Source: Vairimorpha necatrix
Taxonomy: Eukaryota
Direction of reading: 5' to 3'
Length of the DNA stretch: 64,000 nucleotides
Assembly (NCBI GenBank): GCA_036630325.1
Contig: CP142730.1
Span: forward strand, 496,001-560,000
Each line of letters starts with the position of its first letter. Position 1 is the stretch's first letter. Positions 12,401-24,910 of the stretch are shown here, piece by piece. The translations under genes and the position numbers were made by a program. The notes under the pieces are model-generated. The model saw only the letters and a program-made list of their open reading frames with translations, did no database searches and had not been told where the DNA came from.

Positions 12401-13664
12401 AAATATCGTGGTGAAAGGTTGGCAAGACTGAGTTTTATGGTCATGTTGATTAACCACTCGTTCACTTATAAAATTGAAATGTGAACCTGTATCGATCAAG
12501 AATAAATGATGTATTGTCTGAATTTTTCCAATTATTTTTACTTCTCTTTTTCCGCTCCTGTTTCCTAGTTGAATCCACATGTTGTTCCTTTTATTTCGTC
12601 CTTCATCTTGTTTCGATATATTTTTAGTAACCTGTAGGTTGTTACGTAGCCTACAGTTTCTGGTATCATGGGAAAAACTTTTGTGCGTGCTGCAGTAGGT
12701 CGTTCTTGACTTGGTCTGGTTTCGTTGTTCGTTGTAATTACCTGCACTTTCATTCCGCTTCCCTAACTGAGATAGAATGCCTGATTCGAGATTTTTTAGA
12801 TATTCTATCACTTCTAAGGTGCTTCTAGTGTTTACTTCATTCTTATACAGCTCCATTTCTGTTTGTTCACCCAGTCCTCTAAAAAATACTTCTGAGAACT
12901 TTCTCTCTGACTCCTGCTTACTTAATCTGTTGGTAAAGCTATAAGCATCCAACTTTAGGGAAATATCCTTTATATAGTCTTCTAGATATCGATAGTTGCA
13001 TTGTTTTACATCTTCAAGCTCTTGTGTAATCCTAAATTTCATGTTTCGGGGATATGCCATTTCAAGTAAGGCCATTCTCAATTTTAAATATGACGTGTTT
13101 TCTTTCGCAGTTTGGAAGTGATCACCAACACACAAACTTCCATAAATTAAACCCATCTGTTCGTCGTTCCATCCATTGGCCTGTGCTAGCCTCTCAAACT
13201 TTTCCAGTTGCTTCATTGTGATCTCGGAATTCTTCTTTATGATATTAATCTTTTCTTTACATATGACTTCGGTTCCTTTAACTTTCATGTCAAATTCTCT
13301 ATATTCGCCGTTTGCGAATTTATCATCATTATTTTTCTTTAGTCCGTCTTTGAATTCAAAATGACGTAGTCCAGAGGAGCTACCTCTGGATAAATATAGT
13401 TCGATGTAATTAATGATTTTATTGTTATTGAATAAGCCTCGTTGGGCATCTGTTACGGGATACTGATCCCTGGCTTGGTAGCCCTTCCTTGGTCTATGTT
13501 CCCAAGGGTAATGATCGTTAGTTTGTTTCATGATCCGGTGGGGGTCAGGGCAAAAAAGAAATAAATATTCGATTTTTGGAATAGACCGGTCGAATGGTCT
13601 ATTTTCCAAAAGGGGAAAATTGATAAAATAAAAATAAATATTTTGTGGTATTTATAATACCACA
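9454..13664 (-). mobile_element. Full-length Ty3/Gypsy LTR retrotransposon with 303-bp LTRs
   Basis: LTRs 9454-9756 and 13362-13664 (one substitution seen). TG..CA ends, TTTTC TSD, PPT TAGAGGGGGTAGAA. Domain order gag-PR-RT-RH-IN. Confidence 0.96.
9768..13531 (-). CDS. pol: Gag-Pol polyprotein with one frameshift near 11330
   Basis: Knuckle YCSTHKSFSHDTRNC, protease FLIDTGS, RT YIDD, RNase H (ECDASDTGIG, in a shifted frame at ~10900-11320), integrase HHNQGH...C..C and ITDNGKQY. The shift sits in an A-run. The start is uncertain; the first in-frame ATG is inside the LTR. Confidence 0.9.
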
Positions 13665-13870
13665 TTTTCTTATAACTAAATTGAATTGCGTTATTTTTGA
13701 AAAAAAGAAGATGTTTTTTAATAATTTTTTGAACTGATTAAAAAAATCATCTAAAAATTAACAGTATGTATCTTAACAAAAAATTATTATGATCTATGAA
13801 TTCGAAAATTTTTTATTATCTATTTCATTTTTTAAGCTTTGCAATTTATTAGTCTTTCTAGTATTACTAT

Positions 13871-13992
13871 TGTCGTAGCCCATCAAGTCCAGCCAATCAT
13901 CTTTCGACAAATGGACGTATTTGATTGGCTACTTAAACTATTTAAAATCATTTCCAAAAGAGGGGATGGAAACTCCAATAAAGTAATTGACA
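13871..13992 (+). mobile_element. Solo LTR (122 bp)
   Basis: TGTC...GACA ends, ACTAT TSD on both sides; same LTR as 20212-20335. Confidence 0.92.
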
Positions 13993-14133
13993 ACTATATT
14001 ACATTTATTAAACAAAATTTTTAATTGAGCTATGTCTTGTATTTTAAATATTTAAAACAACTAAATGACAATAAGTTATTTTATAGTAGCTAGCATGATA
14101 TACGACAAGTTCAATACTTCGTTTTGTACTTAT

Positions 14134-15855
14134 GGGATTAAGTCCGCCAAAATATAAAAGAAAGTTCGAAAAATAGCCTTAAAAGGAGAAATCAAAATGA
14201 TCAAATTTATTGTAGAATATCATCTTTAAAGTTAAATATGGATGTAATTTCTTCTAAAACTTCCAAACAGTCATTGTCTTTTAAATCTTCTATTTTTATT
14301 ATTATTTTGGAATTTCTGGTCTTTGCTATGAGATTGTTTTTCTTGCTTATATTATTATGTTTGTATATTTTATTTAAAAAATCACGATTTAAACACATTA
14401 AAAGCTCAGTTAAACTTGGATACGGTGATCTCAATTCTCTTTTAATTAAGAATTAAAACCTTCCGCCCAATTATTTGTAAATGGTATATCATATTCTATT
14501 CTTTCTTTCATATAGTTATAACGAAAAAGTCTTTATTTAACCAATTCGTTATATAATAGTTAAGAAATTCTTTAATTGCATGTCCACTATAATCGCGACA
14601 TATTAACCTAACTAAATATTTAAATGAATATATTTTTTTTCTTCAATGATGAATAATGAACAAAGCAAACATTTGATATAAAATCTAAAAATCTTATCAT
14701 CCTTGTACAATTTAGAAAATCCCAATGATTTAAATTTTTTAAAACCCGCCTGTGAATAATGAAAGACACAAAGTCTTATTCTGATGCCTGGATATACACT
14801 ATGCAATGCTTTATGTATAGTCAACTCACAATCTTTATCATATTTTTCATTTTTCTCACATTTGCTTAATTAAATAGCATTTTAAAAGCTTCCACATACG
14901 ATTCATATTTTTCATTTGGTATTAGAAAATAAGCAAAAGGAATGTAAGTATATTCATCTACAAAAAATACTACGAAAAGTTGAAAAAAGGCTAGAGGCGA
15001 CGAGTAAAATGTCGGATCAACTGCAAAGACTTTCTTATTCTTGGCGTTGTTTAAATTTTTATCAGACCAGCATGCTATTATTCTCTCTTTGGTACTAAAA
15101 TAATTATCATACTGTATAAATTTAAGTCCAGATCGTGTCATTAGTAACTCATTTGGAATATCATGATTATAAGAATAGCTAAAATTTTGAGTTAAATATT
15201 GAATATTTCTAATTCTTCTCTTTATGTTACGTATACTTGGAAGTAACTGTCTTTCTGAATCATCAAGCATTGTTTTTGTCGCACATACAATTTCATTCTT
15301 AGTTTTTCTGCTTGTGAGGCTATCTATTTTTATATCTTCATTTACAAATAAGATTTAATTTGTAAATTACTTAATTCTTCATGATTATGATCTTGATAAT
15401 TGCATACCTCATTTGTTATGATGTTCATGCGTATACTTCCATTACAATTTTTTAAAAAACAAGACCATTTTATAAATAAAGCCCCAATGTATTACATATA
15501 GTATTTGTATCCTTTGTATAATTTTATGTGTTTATTTTCTATGCCTTTTATTTCAACAGGTCTTTCTATCTATTTTTGTAATCTTCTTTCATTTTTCATA
15601 TTAAGAGGGATTCTAAAATTATTGGATGAATAAAATTTTAAAAATCCAAATAATAATTTTATGTCTAAAAATTGTATATAAAGGGTCAATACATTCGGTA
15701 TATGGCAAATAATTATTTATTTCGTATAGAAATAATATAAATTTGTGATTTTAGTTTATGGTGTTTCTTCCTGATGCTGTTTGTCCGTTTCGAAATTCAT
15801 TTTAAGGGCTAATTTTTTTCAAATTTTCTTTTATATTTTGGCGGACTATTCCACC
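14134..15855 (-). mobile_element. MULE/Mutator DNA transposon with a degenerate transposase
   Basis: TIR AGTCCGCCAAAATATAAAAGAAA at both ends. Fragments FAVDPTFYSSPLAFFQLF, IPFAYFLIPNEK, IRLCVFHYSQA and TNNWAEGFN are typical of MULE DDE domains. Confidence 0.88.
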
Positions 15856-17980
15856 AACCATTTAAAACAACTAAATGACAATAAGTTATTTTTTAGTAGC
15901 TAGTATGATATATGAAAAGTTCAATACTTTGTTTTGTATTGTCCAATAAACATTGTTCCTTACATTTTTAATAAAAATTCGTGCCAACCACGTTATAAAA
16001 ACATTTACGTTCAACACAATACACAAAATCATTATTATATAATTGCAGGTGCATTTCTGTTTTTAAAGCGGCTTATATGATTTTTTTCTTTGAATATAAG
16101 TTTTCTTTTATTTTTCTAAGTTTCTTTTTTTAAAAAAATGAATCTTGTTGAAGGAATTGTGATTTTTAGTAAAAAACACTTTTTGTTACGTCAGATAGAA
16201 AAAATCGTTTTGATGGCTTTGCAGGCTCTCATAGTCAATCCTCCATCTTAGACTCATACTCCTCGATGTCATGTCTCATACCACTCAGTCACTTACTTAA
16301 ATGAAACTTCGTCGTCGACGAAAAAATGGCAAACCAATACATATTGTTTTGGTCTAAAATGTCATAATAAAGAAAGCTGCACTAGAGACTATCTTTCTTA
16401 CAAAAAATACTAACTTTGACACTATTAAAATCAAAACAATAAAGACCGAATTTTTGGCCTTTAACCAAGTCTTGAGAAAAAAAACAACAAACCACATTTT
16501 CATAAGAAACATATTAGTCACGGCGAGTAATAGAGGCAGTTAAACTATAGCGTTTTAATCGTATTGAGATATTTTTAAATACTTCTAAAGCTTAATTCTT
16601 TACACTTTGTTTGTAAATTTCCGATGCTTAAACTTTTTTGCAAATTTAATAAAATAGCGTAATATTTTAAAAAAACGATTTTTACAAAATCTATAATAAA
16701 TTGAAAATTATAAGCAACATTAGGTCGGCTAAATTCTGCCAACCGTTGTAACTGGGTTGTTAGTTTCAATTTTTTATGGTTTGCTTCTTTCGGACCTTTA
16801 TTTCAAATCTCCTTCTTTAGTTTTATAAAATCAGAAGAGTTAATTGAAAAAAAGAGGATGATACATTATAGATATTTGACATCTGTGACTCGTTGTTAAA
16901 CAAGTTTACAACTAAAAGCATAGATGGTGTAGTCTAAGACTTTATATATGATAAAGAACTCTTTCATAAGACAAAAAAAAATTTATTCAATTTAATTTAT
17001 TTAAATAGTTTTATTAACAACCTGCGGCAATCATGTTGCAGGTAAGTTGAATGTTTGTGATATCATGATTCATTCATGTAATCGGTACCGCAAGTGGCTG
17101 GCGATTACAAAAATCTTTTTACAAACTTTATTAGTTTGTAAATGGGCCTAAAACTATATCTTCTCAAAGGTCAATTAGTTTCTTGATATTTCACTATTGT
17201 GGTGTTAACACCAGGAGGCAGCCTATTGTAGATAGCATTCTAAGATACCCCTCCTTGCAAATAAGTTTTAATTTAATATTATATTAATTTCTTTTGACTT
17301 CTCTTTCGTCCTTTTGTCCTAATTGTAGCTAGTTCAATTAAAATTAAAAAAAAAATTTTAGCAAATATATTCTAGAATTAGTATTTGAAGGATAATAAAA
17401 TTGTGTTGTAAATAATACAACTAATTTGTTAATATATAATTTTTATCTTTGGAAGTGCGTGTCTCGTTATGAACCCGGTCTTATCAGCTGACACATGGTA
17501 TCTTCTAAGATATTAGTCAAAAAACTCAGTACACGATTTCTAAAGTATACAAAAATGGAGTTTAAATTCTTGTAAATGAATGATAATCTATTTACAATTT
17601 GTTTACCACTCTATCATTCTAACTTTGTTAATATGCTTTTAGCAATCTTAAAATAAAGGGTTCTCTAATTGTAATATCTTATCAATATTCACGATATTCT
17701 TTAATATATATGATTGTTTTGCTTGAGATCTACCTTATTACAACACTTTAATTTATAACTTATCACTTTTAAAATTTTAAAAACCGTAGTTTTTATCTTT
17801 GAATGCTTAAGAAAATCGATGGTTTTTTCTATGTTTTTCAAGCTGCGGAAGAATCTAATTTTTTTTGCAAATGTAAAAATAACTGCACATGCGCCATGTA
17901 GATGTGCTTTAAATAAATCGTCTATTGTTGCGTAATTGGGGCAATAGTGCTGAACTATGACAAAGATTCGTTTTGTTAAA

Positions 17981-19812
17981 TCATATATATAAAAGAATTT
18001 TATTTAATTTTTTACCCCTCTTTTTTCTGACTTTCTAATTTCTAAACGATACATTTTGGTCTTATTAACTTATTTAAATATCAAATTTAAACTCAATGCT
18101 TACATTTGATAATTGTAAGTGCGTATACTATATATTAATGCATTTTTATTCTATTTATTATTTTCGTAAAACTTAGTTCCAAAATATCGTCAGAATCGTT
18201 TTTTAGAATTTATTTAACCCTTCTAGAAAAATTGTAAAAACATTTAACCAATGATGATTTTAAAGATAAAGGTCAAAAATTGAGCTTAGAAGTTCCCAAA
18301 ATTATTTCAATGAGAATCATAAGTGTTTCTAACTTAACTTTACTCCTTATATGTTACTAAAAAGTATTTTTGAAAACGATGTCTTCATTCTATCAAATTC
18401 AATCATCCCGAAATAGAAACTCACCAAAATTCACCGAGGAGCGACATATTATAAAACAAAACATTCAAATCCCGTTTTTAAAACGGGAAAGCAATACGCT
18501 AGTCATCATATATATAAAAGAATTTTATTTAATTTTTTACCCCTCTTTTTTGTGACTTTGAAATTTCTAAACTATTTATTTTGGCCTTAGAAGTTTTTAC
18601 AATATCATATATAGATTTAATGTTTTGATTTGATAATTGTAAGTGCGTGTACTGTATGTTAATACATTTTGATTTTAATTCTTTGTTTTGTAAAACTCAG
18701 TTCCAAAATATCGTCAGAATCGTTTTTTAGAATTTATTTAACCCTTCTACGAAAAATCCTAAAAACAATTAACAGAAGAAGAAATTGAATGTAAGTATCA
18801 AAAACTGAGCTTTAAGAGTTCTAAAATTATCCCATAAAGATTCTTCTGTGTTTTTAACTTCATTTTACTCTCTATATGTCACTAAAAAGTATTTTTAAAA
18901 ATTATGTCTAAACTCTGTCAAATTCAATCATCCCAAAATGGAAACTTTACAAAATTTAAGAATGAAAGACATATTAAAAAACTAAACATTTAGATCCCGT
19001 TTTTAAAAACGGGAAAGCATACGCTAGTCATATATATAAAAGAATTTTATTCAATTTTTTACCCTTCTTTTTTTTTGGTTTTGAACTTTCTACACCATAT
19101 TTTTATTGCTTTTTATGTTATTTACATATCAAATATAATTTTACCGCTTTAATTTGACTATTCTAAGTGTGTATGTTATTAGTTAATACGTTTCCATTTT
19201 AATTCTTTGTTTTGTAAAACTTAGTTCCAAAATATCGTCAGAATCGTTTTTTAGAATTTATTTAACCCTTCTACGAAAAATTACAAAAAAGTCATATATA
19301 TAAAAGAATTTTATTTAATTTTTTACCCCTCTTTTTTGTGGGTTTAAAATTACTAAACGATACATTTTGATGCTTTTACGTTATTATAATATTAAAAATA
19401 AATTCAATGTTTTAACTTGACTATTCCAAGTGTGTATACTATGTGTTAATACATTTTGATTTAGATTGTTATTTTTGGAAAGCATGGTCCCAAAATATCG
19501 TCAGAATCGTTTTTTAGAATTTATTTACCCTTCCGCGAAAAATTGTAAAAACATTTAACCAATAATGATTTTAAAGATAAAGGTCAAAAGTTGAGCTTAG
19601 AAGTTTATAAAAGCATTTCAATATGACTCAAAAGTGTTTTTAACTTAACTTAACTCCTTATATGTTACTAAAAAGTATTTTTAAAAACGATGTCTTCATC
19701 CTATCAAATTCAATCATCCCGAAATAGAAACTCACCAAAATTTACCGAGGGGCGACATATTATAAAACAAAACATTCAAAACCCGTTTTCAAAACGGGAA
19801 AGCATACGCTAG
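17981..19812 (+). mobile_element. Tandem array of 4 non-autonomous Helitron units (~520 bp; third unit truncated)
   Basis: Units start TCATATATATAAAAG at 17981, ~18506, 19028 and 19292. Complete units end with the hairpin CCCGTTTTNAAAACGGG followed by CTAG (18502, 19027, 19812). The array sits between A and T with no TSD. Confidence 0.88.
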
Positions 19813-19879
19813 TACTACTATATATTTTTGTTTTATTTTGAAGAAATAAAATTCTTTCTTTTATCTAGAACTTTTACTC

Positions 19880-20211
19880 GGAGCATTTCCACTTTAGTCT
19901 TCCTCTTACATATATAAATACCAATTTTTAGAAAATACATCTATTTTTCGAAATTTAAAGCGGACAGAACGAGAAGGAGAAAAGTCATAAAAAAATTTAT
20001 TAAAAAACAACATAATATTCAATAACAAAAAAATTATTTTTCATTATTTATATTTTCATTACTTCTTTATTTTACTATCTACTTGATCAATCTATACTTA
20101 TTATACATTTATATGTATTTTGATAAGAAATATTGAATATATATAATGAACACTTAACTAACTAAATTAAATGATATAAATTAAAAATAAGTAAAAACAT
20201 ATTATGATATT
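19880..20211. mobile_element. Left half of a MULE-type MITE
   Basis: GGAGCATTTCCACTTTAGTC...GCGGACAGAACG homologous to 3509-3800. The second TIR was not found. Confidence 0.75.
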
Positions 20212-21200
20212 TGTCGTAGCCCATCAAGTCCAGCCAATCATCTTTCGACAAATTTGACGTATTTGATTGGCTACTTAAACTATTTAGAATCATTTCCAAA
20301 AGAGGGGATAGAAAACTCAAATAAAGTAATTGACATGGCGACAACTGCGAACAATGCAAGCCATTTCTCCGGGAAATAGATGAAGATGTAAACACATGGG
20401 TACGAGATATAATGATGTTGGGAGAAGTCTCTGAGTGGACAGAACAACAAATGAAAAAGCGCTTATTTTATAAATGAAAGGGAATGCTTTATCCTGGGCA
20501 TCGCAAGTCTTAGCAGAAAAGATGAACTTAATAAGCCCAACAGACTTTATAAAAATGTTGAAAGCCAGATTTGGAGCGAATAAAGATGGTGACATAACAT
20601 TGAGCCGATTTCTCTCTCTCCCCATACCAGAAACAAGGGAAGACTTTTCTAAAATGTTAACGCAAGCCACGATCATCTCTGAAAGAAAACAAATTTACTC
20701 GAGTGCATTATTTCAAATTATTATTAACAAATCCCCACCCGAAATAAAATCATTATTATTCTAGCTTCTAAATCGGCCGAGACGTGGGAAGTGTTTGTAC
20801 AAATGGCGGAAGAAATAGCATGGATTCCATATCCAGATAAGATGTGTTGTCTAGAGTAGAAGAATACGGACGTAAACCATCATTTAATTACAATTATGGC
20901 AGAGGGCCAATTAACAACAAAAAACATGGTAGAGAGACACCATATAACAGAAAACATGACAATGAGTCATTTAGCAGAGAGAGACAGACAGGAAATTCTC
21001 ATTTAAACAAGAAACACTGCATCGTGCATGGAGAAGGATTCCACGCAACAAAAGAATGCAAAAGATTATCTAAATTTATTAAAGAAGATAAGAGGAAATC
21101 ATCTGGTAGCATCAACATAGTCGATGAAGAAGAAAAGAAACTGTCGTACCTCTTGCGGAAATACAACTACAATAAAGATAAGTTAATAGTATATTGTTTA
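20212..21200 (+). mobile_element. Truncated LTR retrotransposon: 5' LTR, PBS and degenerate gag
   Basis: LTR 20212-20335. PBS TGGCGACAACTGC (tRNA-Ser-like 3' end). Gag fragments with knuckle CIVHGEGFHATKEC. No pol or matching 3' LTR seen. Confidence 0.8.
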
Positions 21201-21665
21201 TTCCTTTTATCTTCTTATCCCTAAGTATGGAATTTTCTTTTATAATTTTTATTGTTTGTTTACGGGGTAAACAAACAAGAAATGTCAAAAAGTATATGTT
21301 TGACAGGTGGGATACCACAATTATAAAGACACCAACACCATCCATTGTTAAATGCATACATTTTATGATCTAATTCTGTTTATTTTCATCCATTCGCTGC
21401 TATATTAATTGTGAAAATTTTGATACCAAAAACATAAAGGACGATTTTTCATAAAAATCTTTTTCTTTGCGTGCATGGAATTAAAAAAGATTTAAAAAAA
21501 CATAAACCAAAGATATTTAGTCTCAAAAATATTAGCCAATAATTTCTTTGCAAGTTGATGGACTTGTTTGCCTAGAAAAGAATTCTGAACATTTTATTAG
21601 AAAATCTTAAAAAAATGCAATACTAAAATAAAATTTTTTTTAAAAAAAAATTTACAGCCCCATAA

Positions 21666-22345
21666 AGGTTTTCAGTCTTATTATTATTCATTTTGAATTT
21701 ACAATAATCAACAGCAACCCATGAGAATAATGAAAGTATTACAACACAAAAAAGTACGCACGGAACCAATGAATATGAAATAACTGAGTTTTATGAAGTC
21801 GAACTTGACTACATTAAAAACATGGATTTAAGTATTAAACAATCAATAATCGGGATGATATATGACGTTGTATTAGAAAAAATGTGGTTTCCTATATTAA
21901 TGCAACATAGCTGGCCAAAAAAATTAAACGAAAATGAATATGAAATTCGGAAAGAAGACATAAATTTTAATTTTTTTATGCAACTTAAAAGTCATTCTGG
22001 GGACATTAATTCCCTTTTGTGTAAACATTGGCTGTTAGCAAATTATTATTGGCTCTTCACAAAAATATTTCTAAGTTATATATTAATTTGTTAAATTAAA
22101 TATTTTTGGGAATAAAAGTTAATGTTAATGATGCGAAAAAAATTATTGATGGATTTGTCCAAATAAAAATGAATGAAGAAAATAATTTATGCATTGAACA
22201 AGTTTTTAAAAATGATGTGTATGAAAAACTTGATGAATATATCATAGATAGTAATATTGAAAAAAAATATGAATACTCTGAGAGGAGGATAAAATATATT
22301 GTAGGAAGTGCTACACGTGTCAAATATATAGTGTCATTGTTTTGA
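21666..22345 (+). pseudogene. Small secreted-type protein pseudogene, copy A
   Basis: Homologous to 52161. ATG mutated to AGG, with an early TAA and frameshifts. Confidence 0.7.
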
Positions 22346-23416
22346 TATATTTGAAACTTTGTTTAATTAAATATTTTAGAATAAATAAACCCATGTTTTC
22401 ATTCCAACATATATAAATATTACTTTTTCTCACAATGTTTAATTATATATTAGATTAATTTACACTGTCTATAATATAACTTTTTAATGTTTTTGATTAA
22501 GCACATCGTTCTGTAAACCAACTTCTTTCATTTCTAAATAATAACATCTCTTCGACAAATTTATTCAAAAAAAACTTACAAGAGCAATAATAGATTCTAA
22601 AAACTTTAGGATTTCATGAAGTATAAATCCGCCCTTAATTTAATTCAAGAAATTTGAAGTCTCATATAAAAAAAATGTGTCAATGCTATCAAAAACAGTT
22701 ATCTTAGCAATTTCAATTTGTAGCATACATGAAAAGGAAGATGTAAAAAATTACCAACGCATTTTTATAATAAGTATAGGTATAAAGGCTTTAAAAAACA
22801 ATATTACTATCAAAACATAGTCTAATTACATAACGACTGCAAAAAAACAAAGTCATTAAAAGACTATTTTTATTCAAGTAATCTATTTTTTATTGCAAAG
22901 TGTATATTAATAATGCAATCCAAAGGTAAGAAATACAATTAGCGTCAATTTTTAAAGCGTAAAAAATGAATTCAAAATTAGTCATAGATTAAGGATTTCC
23001 TAGAGCTAGCTAATAAGTTATATATGCTCCAAAATACATACAAAGTTTTTTAAAATATAATATAATTTATCTTATACGGATGTGTTTTATGGTTTGCGTT
23101 AATAACGTTAATATATTTTATAAACTTTAATCTAATGTCCATTCATTCCTCAAACTTAAATATATTTATAAAAGAAATATATGCTCGATTTTAATCAATT
23201 AGATAATCTTTTTCATATAATGTATTTTCTATTATACATAAAGATGTGTATAACATATTTAATATGTTGCGCTTGTAATTCATTGGAATAAAATTGTATC
23301 CCTGTATATGCCTGTAAAAACATGACCAAGAGAAAGCCGTATGAAAGTGTTTTTAGGTAGTTTTATAAAAATTTTATATTTAATGTGTCTAGGATATAAC
23401 GAAAAATCGGCGTATA

Positions 23417-24910
23417 GGTCTGTGCCTGACTTTATTTCTCTCTTATGGATTTTTATAGAGAAACGAAAAAAAATAACTTCAAATATTTATCCTAAGAAAA
23501 CTTTAATAATTTATATAAAAATAAGCTCTACGTAACTCTTGATATTTTATTATATTGCGCACCCTTTCTCCATTTAAATTAACAAAAAAAGTCGTAGTTA
23601 CTTTTTCTTTGATCATTTTTTAGCTATTATATCACATTTAAGATGTGATCAGACTCCTCTATTAAATTTGCGGCCTCTCCTGCTTCGTTTTTAAAACCAG
23701 CATCGTAGATTACAACGCGATGATCATCGTTGATAGATTTTACTACTTTGTGATCTAATTTATGCCCATCAGTTATGCAAATCGTTTCGTTTTTTATGTT
23801 GTTTTTAAAAAACTGAGCCAATATCTGAATAGTCCGGTAGGTATTGTCTCGACTCTCAATTCTAACGTCGCTCGTCTATTGTACCTACCAACCATGCACA
23901 GTTTTTCACTGTGTCATATCTTTCTGAAAATGGTTGAACATATTTCCATTAATTATAACCGTTTTGTCGCCTATGCCACTTTTTCAACCCTCCTATTATT
24001 TTTTTGTGTTTAATTTTTCCTTTTTTGTTGTTTCATATAATTTTTTTATAGCCCTGAAGACACTGGAAGCTTGCACACAAAATTTTTTATTTAGGTATAG
24101 TGTAGACAGCTTTTAAGTGAATGAATACGTAATTTACAAATAATTATTGTCAGGCGACGAACCTACGCTGACAATAAGAATCCCCAAATGTGATTGATTC
24201 TTATTTAATATAAATGTGAAGGATAATATAAGTGACAGGTGAGTAATTAATATTAAACACGAGCATTTAGAGAGTTACTTTAATTTTATCAATTTACACT
24301 TTTCGGAATAGAACGTCGAAATGGTCTATGTCAAATATTTCCTATTTATTTATTCTCCAGTCCTTACCCTTGATCATGAAAGCAATTAACAATCCAAATA
24401 AATCTATTATTGATACTCCGTCTTTTATTTAAGATCAGACCACGTGTCTGATCACAAATATATATAGGTATTCGGGTATTCGTAAGTGCATTTTTTTTTT
24501 TAAAAAAACTCTCATTTATGTTCCACATATCGTCTTTCCTCTACACTTAAACAATGACAAATTATGTGCGAATCGTCCGACATTAATATAATCATACCGA
24601 GACAACTAGTAAATTCAATGGTTGTATTCAGTTAGGGGACCATCTTCTAGCCAACATTTGACTCATTTGGGCCTTGGAAGATTTTTGACCTATGTCAAGC
24701 GGCCCTAGACATAACATAAGGGTAAAATATTTTGGAAAAAGAACATTGAAAAGAAAAAAGTATACTCAAGAAATGTTAATCCGGCTTATTAAAACAAATC
24801 TGTAAAATTTTGATTCTTGTGGATAAAGTTCGAAAAAAAAATTTCATTAATTTGCCGTCTGTGCCCGGATTCAATACGTAAAAAAAATATAGAACGTCCA
24901 GGCACAGAGC
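23417..24910 (-). mobile_element. Degenerate Merlin/IS1595-like transposon
   Basis: Fragment ICITDGHK...HRVV...GFKNEAGEAANLIE resembles the ISXO2-like DDE C-terminus. Imperfect TIR GTCTGTGCCTG. Ends are tentative. Confidence 0.55.
24148..24559. mobile_element. Probable solo LTR (~412 bp)
   Basis: TGTCA...TGACA ends flanked by an AATTAT duplication. Confidence 0.7.

Noticed and set aside
17981-19812. CRISPR-like or plain satellite array
   Set aside because: Units are ~520 bp without unique spacers; the TC start, subterminal hairpin and CTAG end identify Helitron termini.
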